A DNA stretch of 50,566 bases from an uncultured Clostridia bacterium (lineage in GTDB: Bacteria > Bacillota > Clostridia > Christensenellales > CAG-314). The notes below the pieces were generated by a model. The model had not been told where the DNA came from, made no database searches, and was given only the letters and a program-made list of their open reading frames with translations. Positions 1 through 9,666 of the stretch are shown here, one piece after another. The DNA lies in contig CANQJK010000003.1 in the NCBI GenBank assembly GCA_947624235.1, forward strand, positions 1-50,566, in the 5' to 3' direction. The translations under genes and the position numbers were made by a program. Numbering within the stretch: position 1 is the stretch's first letter; each line of letters begins with the position of its first letter.

Positions 1-3000
1 TTCGGCAAGAGCATTGGCGGCTCACGCGCTGAATATTTTCGGCGACCACCAAGATGTGATGGCATGCCGTCAGACGGGCTTTGCAATGCTTGCCAGCAAC
101 TCCGTACAGGAAGCTATGGACATGGCGCTTGTGGCTCACCTTTCCACGTTGGAAGCGCGCGTACCCTTCCTGCACTTCTTCGACGGGTTCCGCACCAGTC
201 ACGAAGTGAGCAAGATAGACGAAATATCCTACGAGGATATGGACAAACTGCTCGACCGTCGCTATGTGGATGAGTTCCGCGCACGCGCGCTCAACCCCGA
301 ACATCCGCAACTGCAAGGCACTGCGCAAAACGGTGACATCTACTTCCAAAACAGAGAAGCGGCCAACAAATACTATCTTGCCACCCCCGCCATTGTAGAA
401 AAATACATGCAAAAAGTGGGAGAACTTACGGGCAGACATTATCATTTGTTTGACTATGTGGGCGCACCCGACGCCGAAAACGTAATCGTATTGATGGGTA
501 GTGGCGCCGAAGCCGTAGAGGAAACGGTGGACTACCTCACCGCTCGCGGAGAAAAAGTGGGCGTACTCAAAGTTCACCTGTACCGTCCTTTCTCTGCAAA
601 GCACTTTGTAGACGCGTTGCCCCTTTCCGTCAAGAACATTGCCGTGCTCGACCGCACCAAGGAACCCGGATCTCTCGGCGAACCCTTGTACCTCGACGTG
701 GTCGCGGCTCTTGCCGAACAAGGACGTCAGGCTAACGTTGTGGGTGGAAGATACGGCTTGGGAAGCAAGGAGTTCACTCCTTCCATGATACTTGCCATCT
801 ATCGCAACCTCCAAGGCGAACGCAAAAACCACTTCACCGTCGGCATCAACGACGACGTGACGGGAACTTCGCTCGAAGTGAAAGAGCTTATCGACGTTGC
901 GCCTCAGGGCACGACGCGTTGCAAGTTCTACGGTTTGGGAAGCGACGGCACCGTGGGAGCCAACAAAAACAGCATCAAGATCATCGGCGACCACACCGAT
1001 CTGTACGCACAGGGATACTTTGAGTACGACAGCAAAAAGAGTGGCGGTTTGACGATATCTCACCTGCGTTTCGGCAAAAATCCCATCAAATCCAGTTACC
1101 TCATCGATCAGGCGGAATTTATTGCCTGCCACAACCAAAGCTATGTGACGCGTTACGACGTGCTTGCAAGCGCCAAAGAGGGCGGAACGTTCCTTTTGAA
1201 CTGCTCTTGGAGCGACGAGGAATTGGAAAAAGAACTGCCCGCGTTCATGAAAAATCAAATTGCAAACAAACACCTCAAATTCTACACCATTGACGGATTG
1301 CACATCGCCATCAAAGCGGGAAGCGCCAAATCCACCAACATGGTGATGCAGGCGGCATTCTTCAAACTGGCGGATATCATTCCCTACGATCAGGCGGAAG
1401 AATACATGAAACAAGCCGTCATCAAATCCTACGGCAAAAAAGGTCAAAAGGTCATCGACGCCAACTTTGCCGCCATTGACGGAGCCGTTGCAGGCTTGCA
1501 CGAAGTAAACGTGCCTCAAAGTTGGGCAACCACTACCGAGGGCGCCGCGCTACCCGAGAAGACGGACAGCGAGTACTACGAAAGCTTTGTTCGTCCCATA
1601 ACCGAGCAAAAGGGCAACGATCTGCCCGTTTCCGCTTTCAACGAGGCGGGCGTCGTGCCTACGGGAACGACCAAGTTCGAAAAGCGCGGTATTGCGGTAA
1701 ACGTGCCCGTTTGGGTGCCCGAAAACTGTATCCAATGCAACCAGTGCTCCTTTGTCTGCCCGCACGCCTGCATTCGTCCCGTGCTTGTGGACGAAAACGA
1801 ACCTACCCCCGAGGGATTTGTGACCAAACCCGCCGTGGGAATAAAGGGCGCCAAGTTCCGTATTCAGGTAAGTCCGTTGGACTGCACGGGTTGCGGAAGT
1901 TGCGCCAACGTGTGCCCCGCTATCAAGGGCAAAGCGCTTGTGATGACTCCGTCGGAGCAGGTGCACGAAACGGAAAATTGGGAATACAGCCAAACAGTAA
2001 AACAAGCGGACAGCCCGCTCAACCCCGCAACGGTAAAGGGAAGTCAGTTCAAACAACCGCTGTTCGAGTTCTCGGGAGCATGCGCAGGTTGCGGAGAAAC
2101 GCCCTACGTCAAACTGGTCACGCAACTGTTCGGCGACAGAATGGTAGTTGCCAACGCAACGGGTTGTTCCAGTATCTACGGCGGATCGGCGCCCACTTGC
2201 CCCTACACCACCAACAAGGAAGGACACGGTCCCGCTTGGGCAAACAGCCTGTTTGAGGACAATGCGGAATTCGGCTACGGCATAAATCTTGCCTACACTC
2301 AACGCAGAAACCGCCTTGCGGACAAAATTGCTCGTCTTGCCGAACTGTGGAAGGATTGGCAAGAGGGAGTGGACGCCTGCAATGCTTGGATAGCCAACAA
2401 AGACGACGCAGAACAAAGCAAAAAGGCAAGCGCAGACCTCGTCAAATGCCTCGAAGAGTGCAAAGATTGCGGTTGCGAATGTGACCAACTTGTAGGCGAG
2501 ATCTATTCAGAAAAGGACTGCCTCGTCAAGAAATCCGTTTGGATCTTCGGCGGAGACGGCTGGGCATACGACATCGGCTACGGCGGTTTGGACCATGTGC
2601 TTGCAAGCGGTGAGGACGTCAACGTGCTTGTGCTGGACACCGAAGTGTACTCCAACACGGGCGGACAAGCGTCCAAATCTTCACCCACGGGTGCAGTTGC
2701 CAAATTTGCGGCCGCAGGCAAACGCGTAAAGAAAAAGGACCTCGGCATGATGGCAATGAGCTACGGCTACGTTTACGTTGCGCAAGTAGGCATGGGCGCA
2801 AATCAAGCGCAACTCGTCAAGGCGCTCACCGAAGCGGAAGCCTACCACGGACCGAGCCTCATCATCGCTTACGCTCCCTGCATCAACCACGGTTTGAACA
2901 TGGGCAAATCGCAAGAAGAGATCAAGCGCGCGGTAGATTGCGGATATTGGCAACTGTATCGCTATAATCCCACTCTTGTAGAACAGGGCAAGAACCCCTT

Positions 3001-3175
3001 CACGCTGGACAGCAAAGATCCAACGGGAGACTACCAAGAGTTCATCAAGGGCGAAACCCGCTACGCGTCTCTTGCCAAAACCAAGCCCGAAATTGCCGAA
3101 ACGCTGTTCGCCAAGTCGGAAAAAGACGCAAAGGAACGCGTGGAAAAATACAAGAAATTGGCAAATAAGGAATAA
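1..3175 (+). CDS. nifJ: Pyruvate:ferredoxin (flavodoxin) oxidoreductase, 5' end truncated by the window
   Basis: HFFDGFRTSHE, GxDGTVGANK, two CxxCxxCxxxCP ferredoxin motifs, FEFSGACAGCGET and GGDGWAYDIG TPP-binding motifs. The ORF begins mid-protein. Confidence 0.97.
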   Translation, partial: SARALAAHALNIFGDHQDVMACRQTGFAMLASNSVQEAMDMALVAHLSTLEARVPFLHFFDGFRTSHEVSKIDEISYEDMDKLLDRRYVDEFRARALNPEHPQLQGTAQNGDIYFQNREAANKYYLATPAIVEKYMQKVGELTGRHYHLFDYVGAPDAENVIVLMGSGAEAVEETVDYLTARGEKVGVLKVHLYRPFSAKHFVDALPLSVKNIAVLDRTKEPGSLGEPLYLDVVAALAEQGRQANVVGGRYGLGSKEFTPSMILAIYRNLQGERKNHFTVGINDDVTGTSLEVKELIDVAPQGTTRCKFYGLGSDGTVGANKNSIKIIGDHTDLYAQGYFEYDSKKSGGLTISHLRFGKNPIKSSYLIDQAEFIACHNQSYVTRYDVLASAKEGGTFLLNCSWSDEELEKELPAFMKNQIANKHLKFYTIDGLHIAIKAGSAKSTNMVMQAAFFKLADIIPYDQAEEYMKQAVIKSYGKKGQKVIDANFAAIDGAVAGLHEVNVPQSWATTTEGAALPEKTDSEYYESFVRPITEQKGNDLPVSAFNEAGVVPTGTTKFEKRGIAVNVPVWVPENCIQCNQCSFVCPHACIRPVLVDENEPTPEGFVTKPAVGIKGAKFRIQVSPLDCTGCGSCANVCPAIKGKALVMTPSEQVHETENWEYSQTVKQADSPLNPATVKGSQFKQPLFEFSGACAGCGETPYVKLVTQLFGDRMVVANATGCSSIYGGSAPTCPYTTNKEGHGPAWANSLFEDNAEFGYGINLAYTQRRNRLADKIARLAELWKDWQEGVDACNAWIANKDDAEQSKKASADLVKCLEECKDCGCECDQLVGEIYSEKDCLVKKSVWIFGGDGWAYDIGYGGLDHVLASGEDVNVLVLDTEVYSNTGGQASKSSPTGAVAKFAAAGKRVKKKDLGMMAMSYGYVYVAQVGMGANQAQLVKALTEAEAYHGPSLIIAYAPCINHGLNMGKSQEEIKRAVDCGYWQLYRYNPTLVEQGKNPFTLDSKDPTGDYQEFIKGETRYASLAKTKPEIAETLFAKSEKDAKERVEKYKKLANKE

Positions 3176-3229
3176 CATTTGCGCAAGCCACGCAAAATGC
3201 GCATAGACGCACCACTCTATTTCAAAAAC

Positions 3230-3261
3230 AATGCTCTCACTCTTCGGGTGGGAGCATTTTT
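3230..3261 (+). terminator. Intrinsic terminator after nifJ
   Basis: AATGCTCTCAC-tcttcgg-GTGGGAGCATT stem followed by a T run. Confidence 0.65.
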
Positions 3262-3433
3262 CTCGTCGCACATTAAAAACACGACGCCATATGTGCAAAA
3301 ACCGCCTCTCGCATGCTTGCAAAGGGCGTTTTTTCGCAGAGTACATGCCCTGTTGCGTTTGCGCGCATTTAACACGACGATCACTCGCGACGGGCGTGTT
3401 TTGCAATCGCCGATCGCAAAAGGCGGTTATCCG

Positions 3434-3581
3434 TTATACAAGAAAAGAGGCTGTCGCATAAACATTTTTTATACAAAATGACATCAAAAAAACGGCTTGA
3501 AAATATTGATTTCAAGTCGCTTTGTTGTATAATTATTCATTTTTGATCGTTTATGCGATCAATGCGATAGCCCTTTCGTTG
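3434..3581. mobile_element. MITE-like ~145-bp element (family A), copy 1
   Basis: Close reverse-complement match to 44493-44640. Terminal inverted repeats GGCTGTCGCA...TGCGATAGCC and an internal palindrome GGCTTGAAA...TTTCAAGTC. Confidence 0.65.
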
Positions 3582-4025
3582 CTATTTTTTCAAAGCGCAA
3601 ATTTCTTTGTTGATCTTTTGACTGTCGTCACTTGTAAAAGTGTCAAGGATCTCTTGCAGACTGTATTTTATGTCTTTTACGCAAACCCGAGGAATTTCAC
3701 AATCGAAACAGAGAAAGCCCTCACTGTCGATATACGCTCTCCAATAAATACTATCATCGTTGTACTTGTTTAGCAGTTCGGCGATTTGCGCAGTCCACGG
3801 ATATTTATCGAACATGAACGAAACGTCCAAACTTCCCTTGAATGCAACGTTGTAGTCGATGTACAGCAAAACATCCTGTTCCAAATATTTTACGTCGCAC
3901 GAAAAGACCACTTCGTCTTTCTTCATTTCTTGCTTATATTTCAATCCCATTTTGCGCAACACGCCTTTTATGCGTTTTGACGCCTTTTTCAAAGTTTTTT
4001 CTTTACTGAACAATCCGAATAACAT
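3582..4025 (-). CDS. Hypothetical protein, possibly YbjN/T3SS-chaperone-like fold
   Basis: 147-aa ORF with AGGAGG RBS. The LLNKYN...WRAYIDSEG pattern resembles YbjN-type proteins. Confidence 0.6.
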   Translation of the reverse strand: MLFGLFSKEKTLKKASKRIKGVLRKMGLKYKQEMKKDEVVFSCDVKYLEQDVLLYIDYNVAFKGSLDVSFMFDKYPWTAQIAELLNKYNDDSIYWRAYIDSEGFLCFDCEIPRVCVKDIKYSLQEILDTFTSDDSQKINKEICALKK

Positions 4026-4041
4026 TTTTACCTCCTAATTT

Positions 4042-4581
4042 TTATCTTCTTCTGTTCCTTGCTCTTCTCCTGTGTACAAAATAAGAAATAATCAAAAACA
4101 GGCAAAAAGCTTCCTCAGCCACAAAAGGAAGCCAAGCTATTTGAGCCCACAACCCCAACGCCGAAGCGATTGCCGTAGATACCAACACCATGATCAGTTT
4201 TACCCACCAAGCGGGACGATCGTGCTCCACCTCTTTTTCCTCGACCGTCACATTGTCACTGAATATGCCGTGATCCACATGGGTGGTACTTTCCGTAGTT
4301 GTCCAACTTTCTGCGCCGATGTCTGTAAAAAGAAAATAGAAGTACAAAAAATTGGAAATAATATACATGCCGATCCGCGTTGTTTTGTCCGCAATAAACG
4401 AAGTGCCGAAAACCGCCCCCGATACCAAAAACAAAAAGACTTGATACCCCACATAAAACCTATTGCTGAGGTAGTCGAGCAATTTGTTCAACAGCACCAT
4501 CAACACTATGGCGCCCACGACAACTGCAATTATTATGCCCACCGTTGCGCCGGCACTGATTTCCGAAAGTAAATCTAACAT
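4042..4581 (-). CDS. Hypothetical multi-pass membrane protein
   Basis: AGGAGG RBS, about 5 hydrophobic segments and an Arg-rich C-terminus. Confidence 0.75.
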   Translation of the reverse strand: MLDLLSEISAGATVGIIIAVVVGAIVLMVLLNKLLDYLSNRFYVGYQVFLFLVSGAVFGTSFIADKTTRIGMYIISNFLYFYFLFTDIGAESWTTTESTTHVDHGIFSDNVTVEEKEVEHDRPAWWVKLIMVLVSTAIASALGLWAQIAWLPFVAEEAFCLFLIISYFVHRRRARNRRR

Positions 4582-4610
4582 TTTTTCCTCCTTAACAACA
4601 GTCCAATATT

Positions 4611-4640
4611 AATATACCAAAGTATTTCGAGGTTTGTCAA
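4611..4640 (-). promoter_or_regulatory. sigma-A-type promoter for the 4581-3582 pair
   Basis: TTGACA-18 bp-TATATT with an extended TG. Confidence 0.5.
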
Positions 4641-4697
4641 GCGATTTTGTACAATAGTATTGTAATTTTTGACAAATTTCAACAAGGAGCAAAGGGT

Positions 4698-5015
4698 ATG
4701 CTGAGTGAAAATATAAAAAAGTTGCGCCTCGCGCGAGGTATAAGTCAAGTGGAACTTGCAAGAGCACTGAGTGTGAGCAAGCAGTGCGTGTCCAATTGGG
4801 AAAATGACAATATCCAACCCTCAGTGGAAATGCTTGTGCGCATTGCCAAATTTTTCAACACTTCCACCGATTATTTGCTTGACTTGGATACGGAAGATCA
4901 TCTTTGCATAAGGGGCTTGACAGAATTACAAGCGATGCACCTCAAACTGCTGATAGAAGATCTTAAAGGAGCAAACGCCAATAGTTCAAACACTGCTTTT
5001 ACAGAAAAAAAATAA
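4698..5015 (+). CDS. XRE-family HTH transcriptional regulator
   Basis: IKKLRLARGISQVELARALSVSKQCVSNWEND...STDYLL. AAGGAG RBS upstream of ATG 4698. Confidence 0.9.
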   Translation: MLSENIKKLRLARGISQVELARALSVSKQCVSNWENDNIQPSVEMLVRIAKFFNTSTDYLLDLDTEDHLCIRGLTELQAMHLKLLIEDLKGANANSSNTAFTEKK

Positions 5016-5242
5016 AATTATTGCGCTGTACAAGCCACATTGGCACAGCGCGGATAATAAATTAAGACAAGGACGACAAAATGGTTCTTTGTCAAATGTT
5101 TGAATGAAAGTAGTTTTTTGCAAATCAACTTAATGGAAATAAGTGACGTTGCTGTCGTAAAATATGTCGCAAAAGGTCATCGCTTCACTGTGTGCGGTTT
5201 CGAAAAATCGACAATGCCCTTTTTCGTAAAGGGCGTTGCTTG

Positions 5243-5605
5243 TTATATTCGTATGCGCACGACGTCGCCGTCCTCCGAACAAACGTACACAAGATCGAAA
5301 TGACCGCAGAGGCGGACAGTGTCGCGCAGGGCACGATAAAAACACAGGATCTGCTCACGGGATAGATCACTCTGCCGACTGTGCGTACATTCGCCGTCAC
5401 CTGCCGAAAACTGTTGACATTGCAGGGTACCCGAGACTTCACATGCAGACTCGTCGGCTTTCGGTGCATTGCACTGCGCGTATGACATCGCTGTACGGTC
5501 TGAATATTTGCACAGCAATTTAATTACAGGTTTAACGGTGAGTAGCGACAGTGGCAACCAAAGGCGCAGACCTATCTTGCCCTTTTGGGCGATGTAAATT
5601 GTCAT
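5243..5605 (-). CDS. Hypothetical protein paralogous to the C-terminal domain of the upstream regulator
   Basis: TGATG coupling to the upstream gene. LRLWLPLSLL and LVYVCSEDGDVVRIRI mirror VNVNLPLAVV and LIDVESADGDHVEIWVE. Confidence 0.65.
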   Translation of the reverse strand: MTIYIAQKGKIGLRLWLPLSLLTVKPVIKLLCKYSDRTAMSYAQCNAPKADESACEVSGTLQCQQFSAGDGECTHSRQSDLSREQILCFYRALRDTVRLCGHFDLVYVCSEDGDVVRIRI

Positions 5606-6093
5606 CACTCTACCCAAATCTCGACGTGATCGCCGTCGGCACTTTCCACATCTATCAGTTTACCCACCACGCCATTCTCCACAAGCGAATATATCTGCTT
5701 GAAATCGATATTGGCAAGGTTGATGTTACCGGTGGAAACAGGTATATTTGCACCGCTATCCAGAAACACCTTGACCACGGCGAGGGGTAAATTGACGTTG
5801 ACTTTGTCGCCGTCGGAGGAATTTGCCTTTATGTGTAAAAACATCTTACCTATATCCTTACGATCAGCGACAGGGACATATTGCGTTGTGGGTTGTTTGC
5901 CCAGCAACTCATCCAGAGTTACGCCGAGAATGTCCGACAGCTCGTTCAACACCGATATGTCGGGTGCGGAAATGTCGTTTTCCCACTTGGACACTGCCTG
6001 AAACGTAATATTAAGTTTGGTTGCCACTTCTTCTTGGGTAAGATTTGCCTGCTTGCGTAGACGTTGCAAGCGTTGACCGAAAGTTTCGTTCAT
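5605..6093 (-). CDS. XRE HTH regulator with a C-terminal DUF2089/SHOCT-like domain
   Basis: N-terminal HTH (LRKQANLTQEEVA...QAVSKWEND) and AAGGAG RBS. Confidence 0.85.
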   Translation of the reverse strand: MNETFGQRLQRLRKQANLTQEEVATKLNITFQAVSKWENDISAPDISVLNELSDILGVTLDELLGKQPTTQYVPVADRKDIGKMFLHIKANSSDGDKVNVNLPLAVVKVFLDSGANIPVSTGNINLANIDFKQIYSLVENGVVGKLIDVESADGDHVEIWVE

Positions 6094-6387
6094 AATATTC
6101 TCCTTAAAAATTCAGTAGTACTTTGTTGTACGACAGAATTATACCTCCTCGGACGGTCAAAAAACAGCGACTGTTTGGCGAATCGGTCTTTGATCGCTCA
6201 ACCAAACGGGGAAAGATCACTCAACAGTCGGTTGAATAGTTGTAACTTGTGAAGATTAGCAGAATATCGATTGTCGCGCGGAATCGGTCTGTAAGTAAAG
6301 CGCGATCCCTTTCGTCCGTCGTGCGTCGGCTTACTGCAAGAGCAACAAGCGGAACACTTTGCAGTTCGATAACCTCGTATGCAGGTA

Positions 6388-7719
6388 TCACTTGTAGTAA
6401 CTGTTCGGGCGGTCGTTGACGTTCAGCGCACCGTAGTCGGCTTGACCGAGAGATATCTCTATCACAGTGACGCCCTTTTCCATTTGATTGCCCTCTTCGT
6501 CCGTCCAAAGTTTGGCGTTGTACAGCACTTTGCCCGTCAATATCTTGGGATTATTGAAGAATGGGTAGGTGTGGTAACCGCAACACAGTCCGTACGCGAG
6601 ATAGATGTCGTCGTAGTACCCTTTGAGATTGTTGACGTGATCGTGTCCGCAAAACAGCGCCTTGGTGCAATCGCTGTCTTTTATGTACTTGAATACGTCG
6701 GGGTGGTCGGTAACGCCCTCGGCATTGCCCTGATAAAATATCCCCACTGTGTAGCCATCGTCGCCCCACACAAATTCGCTGTCCTTTTTGTCGCTTTCGC
6801 GCACCACTCCCTTTACGTCGCGTATTTCCGCTTGGGGAAGTTTCTCCTCTACAATTGCGGGTATTTCGCGCCCGTTTGCCAACTCGTTTAGATAGTACAT
6901 GTTGGCGAATTCCTTGATGGGAATGTGAAAGAACATACTGCTTTGGATATCAGATTTGATGTTTTTCAGTCCGTCAACAGCCCAAACGTACCAATCCATT
7001 TGGCTTTGATGTATCCAATCGTACACCCAATCCGTCAAAGCGACGTTGTCTGCTTCGGGATACATTCCGCTATCCAAACATACAAGGCTGTAAATGAGGT
7101 TTTCCTCCTTGCGCTCCCCCTTGAAGATGTTTACCAAAAAGTTGCTTTCGCCGTACACATCGCTCGGACCGGGATCGAACAGGCAATATTCGTACCGCTT
7201 TAACAAGTTGTAGATCGTGTACTTGCTACAATCGAATTGACTGTCGTGGTTGCCGTAGACAAAGGTCCAATACTGCTGACGCTCCTCCATAAAGTTGCAA
7301 AAGTATTTGAACGCACTGTGACTGAACACAGACAGCGTCAAATCGCCCGTCACAACGCAAATGTCGGGCTTTTCCTCTTTGATAGCGCGGTCCAACAGAT
7401 CCATTGTTTTGGTGTCGCGCGTAAAGGATCCGAATTTTATTTGCGGATCGGCTATCTGCATTATCTTCAATTCGTCAGCGTCCTTGTCCACCACCAACGA
7501 CGGGAACAGGTCGATATCGAATTTGGCTTTGCCGTTGTCGAACACATAACTTCCGTACGGCTCGGACGGTTCCTTGCTGTGCACTGCCCAACAAATGCCG
7601 TACACCGCAATAAAGATCAACACCACCGCCAAAATACCGCCCACAACGGACCAAATTATCTTGCGCCGTTTTTTTCTTTTGTCTTTCTTTGTTTCCTGCG
7701 TAGAATTATCCCTTGCCAT
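6388..7719 (-). CDS. Membrane-anchored calcineurin-like metallophosphoesterase
   Basis: N-terminal TM helix. Motifs QIADPQ, TGD, GNHD, FFHIP and CGHDHVN. Confidence 0.9.
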   Translation of the reverse strand: MARDNSTQETKKDKRKKRRKIIWSVVGGILAVVLIFIAVYGICWAVHSKEPSEPYGSYVFDNGKAKFDIDLFPSLVVDKDADELKIMQIADPQIKFGSFTRDTKTMDLLDRAIKEEKPDICVVTGDLTLSVFSHSAFKYFCNFMEERQQYWTFVYGNHDSQFDCSKYTIYNLLKRYEYCLFDPGPSDVYGESNFLVNIFKGERKEENLIYSLVCLDSGMYPEADNVALTDWVYDWIHQSQMDWYVWAVDGLKNIKSDIQSSMFFHIPIKEFANMYYLNELANGREIPAIVEEKLPQAEIRDVKGVVRESDKKDSEFVWGDDGYTVGIFYQGNAEGVTDHPDVFKYIKDSDCTKALFCGHDHVNNLKGYYDDIYLAYGLCCGYHTYPFFNNPKILTGKVLYNAKLWTDEEGNQMEKGVTVIEISLGQADYGALNVNDRPNSYYK

Positions 7720-7802
7720 AGTTACCTCTGCAAAATATTTATAGGCATATTATACCACAGTTTTGCGCAAAGTCAAGCCCGCCCCTTTTGCCGAAGCAAG
7801 CA

Positions 7803-7841
7803 GAAAAAAGCGCCCTTCCCTCTTGAAGGGAAAGGCACTTT
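7803..7841 (-). terminator. Intrinsic terminator after the 71-aa ORF
   Basis: GC-rich stem (GCCCTTCCCT...AGGGAAAGGC) with a T6 tract on the minus strand. Confidence 0.55.
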
Positions 7842-7871
7842 GCATACAAATCAGATCTTTGTGCGGACAGC

Positions 7872-8087
7872 TCACATCTCCCACAACAGTTTGGGATAGG
7901 TCGCATTTGACGGATCGAAGTACCAAACTTCTTCGCCCCAATAGAGCTTTTCCGCAAGAAATTCTCTGCCGAAAATAGTCAGCGCGTCGTGCGACTCCAC
8001 CAGATCGGGAGCAAACGCTCCTCCTTGGCAAACGTTATCGGAAACGTAGTCACCGCTTAACGTGCCGAAAATCAAATACTTTTTCAT
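7872..8087 (-). CDS. Small hypothetical protein (71 aa)
   Basis: AAGGAGG RBS. Bracketed by a structured leader and a terminator. Confidence 0.7.
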   Translation of the reverse strand: MKKYLIFGTLSGDYVSDNVCQGGAFAPDLVESHDALTIFGREFLAEKLYWGEEVWYFDPSNATYPKLLWEM

Positions 8088-8135
8088 TCTTCCCTCCTTG
8101 CTTGTTTATGTCGTTGGTTATTGCAAAACGGCAAC

Positions 8136-8303
8136 AAAAAAAGTGCCGTATCTACCGAAACGGCACTAGTAGAATATGCGTCCCGATAGTTACCACACTA
8201 TTGCATTGACGTCACGCCAAATGAGAAAGACACATAACTCTACCCGGAGAGTATGCGGTATGACGTCAAAAATATTCGCAATAATGTGGTAATTTTATTC
8301 TAC
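8136..8303 (-). ncRNA. Candidate cis-regulatory leader RNA with attenuator
   Basis: Nested pairings 8303-8296/8176-8169, 8292-8278/8204-8190 and 8269-8261/8214-8206, followed by terminator stem 8167-8160/8149-8142 and a U tract. Confidence 0.55.
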
Positions 8304-8620
8304 ACCAACCTATAAAAGATGTTAAGGCAAAAACAAACATTACGGTTGCATTTTCAATCATTGCCGAACCACAAATATTCAGCAAAAGATTAAGACTTGC
8401 CCAAAAACTTTGTAAAAATAACCTAACTAAACTTGTAAACTTTTACGCAAATAAAACATGTCGGCGCACATTGCGCGAGGAAGCCAAAGGGGACTGATTG
8501 CACAAAATGGACTGTTGCGTTGATCGAATAAACGACGACTCTATTTCAAGTTTGGGGTAAAACATTTTTTTCACAATCTTTTTTGCCAACATTCTCGCAG
8601 AACCTGAATAAAAGTGAATA

Positions 8621-8682
8621 ACTATACAAAAAAAACGGCTTGAAGTTGGGATTCAAGTTGTTTTCGATATCATGTTGTATTA
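8621..8682. repeat. Partial family-A palindromic repeat
   Basis: TATACAAAAAAAACGGCTTGAA...TTCAAGTTGTTTT, matching the core of 3470-3530. Confidence 0.55.
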
Positions 8683-8866
8683 TAGTTTAATGCGAAAGCG
8701 CGTTTTTGAATAGAAATCGTTTGGTGCGACCGCTCCGATACGGTTCGGTTCTATGTGAAGTTTTGCGGTGTCAAAGTAAATGAAATATGAATGTTTATGT
8801 CTGCTTTTTCGCCCCGACTTTTGACACAGAGCCACATTTCTCACAACTTAAACAAAATGTTGAATT

Positions 8867-8930
8867 ACTATACAAAAAAAACGGTTTGAAGTTGAGGTTC
8901 AAGTCGTTTTTGGTGTTGTGATGTGTTATA
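8867..8930. repeat. Partial family-A palindromic repeat
   Basis: TATACAAAAAAAACGGTTTGAA...TTCAAGTCGTTTT, a direct repeat of 8621-8682. Confidence 0.55.
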
Positions 8931-8958
8931 ATTTGGTGCGAGAGCCTGCTTTGAACGG

Positions 8959-9666
8959 TCACTCTTGTTTGAATATGATACGACCGCAATGCTCGCATTT
9001 CATATAATTTTTCTTGGCGAATTGGGCGTCTATCACCGCCTTGGGAATTTCCATTCGGCAACCTCCGCAACGGGTACCGCTCTCCAACGGCACAAAGACG
9101 GGTTGCAGTCCCCCGTCTGCCAACTTTTTGTAAATTTCAAACAGATTGGGATCTATCTTGCTCTTCAACTCCGCCTGTTTTTGACGTATTTCCGCAATAC
9201 GCGGTTTAACCTCGGCGGTGGCTTTGTTGAACTCCTCGTCGCAGTGCTTGTAGCCCGCAACAAGTTTGGGAAGTTTGGTGCTCGCCTCCTCGAAGGCTTT
9301 GGCGATTTCTTCGCCCTCGCGCAAAATGCGTTTTATTTCCTTTTCCACATTGTTAAGCTCGCTGAGTTGTTCGTTGAGCTTTTTGTTCATGTAGTTGAGT
9401 TCGTCCTCGTCTTCGAGAGTGTCGATCTCCCTTGAATGTTCCTCGATAACTTCGGTGATTTTTTGCAGACTTTGCTGAGCCAACGCCAATTGATTGCGCA
9501 GATCCTGCGCGCGTGCGTCCAACTTGGCGATAGACTCTTCACATTCCTGACTGAGCGCCTTGTATTGTCTGCGCTTGATGAAACTTTCGTTCTTTTTCAA
9601 ATCGCGCTCTATGCGATTTAGTTCGCCGTCCAGCTGTTGATATTGAAGCATTTCCTGTTGAATCAT
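8959..9666 (-). CDS. Coiled-coil protein with C4-type zinc ribbon (DUF164/HP0958 family)
   Basis: Long coiled coil followed by CGGCRM and CEHCGRII. ATGA overlap with the trmK stop. Confidence 0.88.
   Translation of the reverse strand: MIQQEMLQYQQLDGELNRIERDLKKNESFIKRRQYKALSQECEESIAKLDARAQDLRNQLALAQQSLQKITEVIEEHSREIDTLEDEDELNYMNKKLNEQLSELNNVEKEIKRILREGEEIAKAFEEASTKLPKLVAGYKHCDEEFNKATAEVKPRIAEIRQKQAELKSKIDPNLFEIYKKLADGGLQPVFVPLESGTRCGGCRMEIPKAVIDAQFAKKNYMKCEHCGRIIFKQE

Noticed and set aside
8169-8303. 6S RNA or T-box
   Set aside because: At about 135 nt it is short for 6S and lacks the large central bubble. There is no T-box UGGNACC motif.
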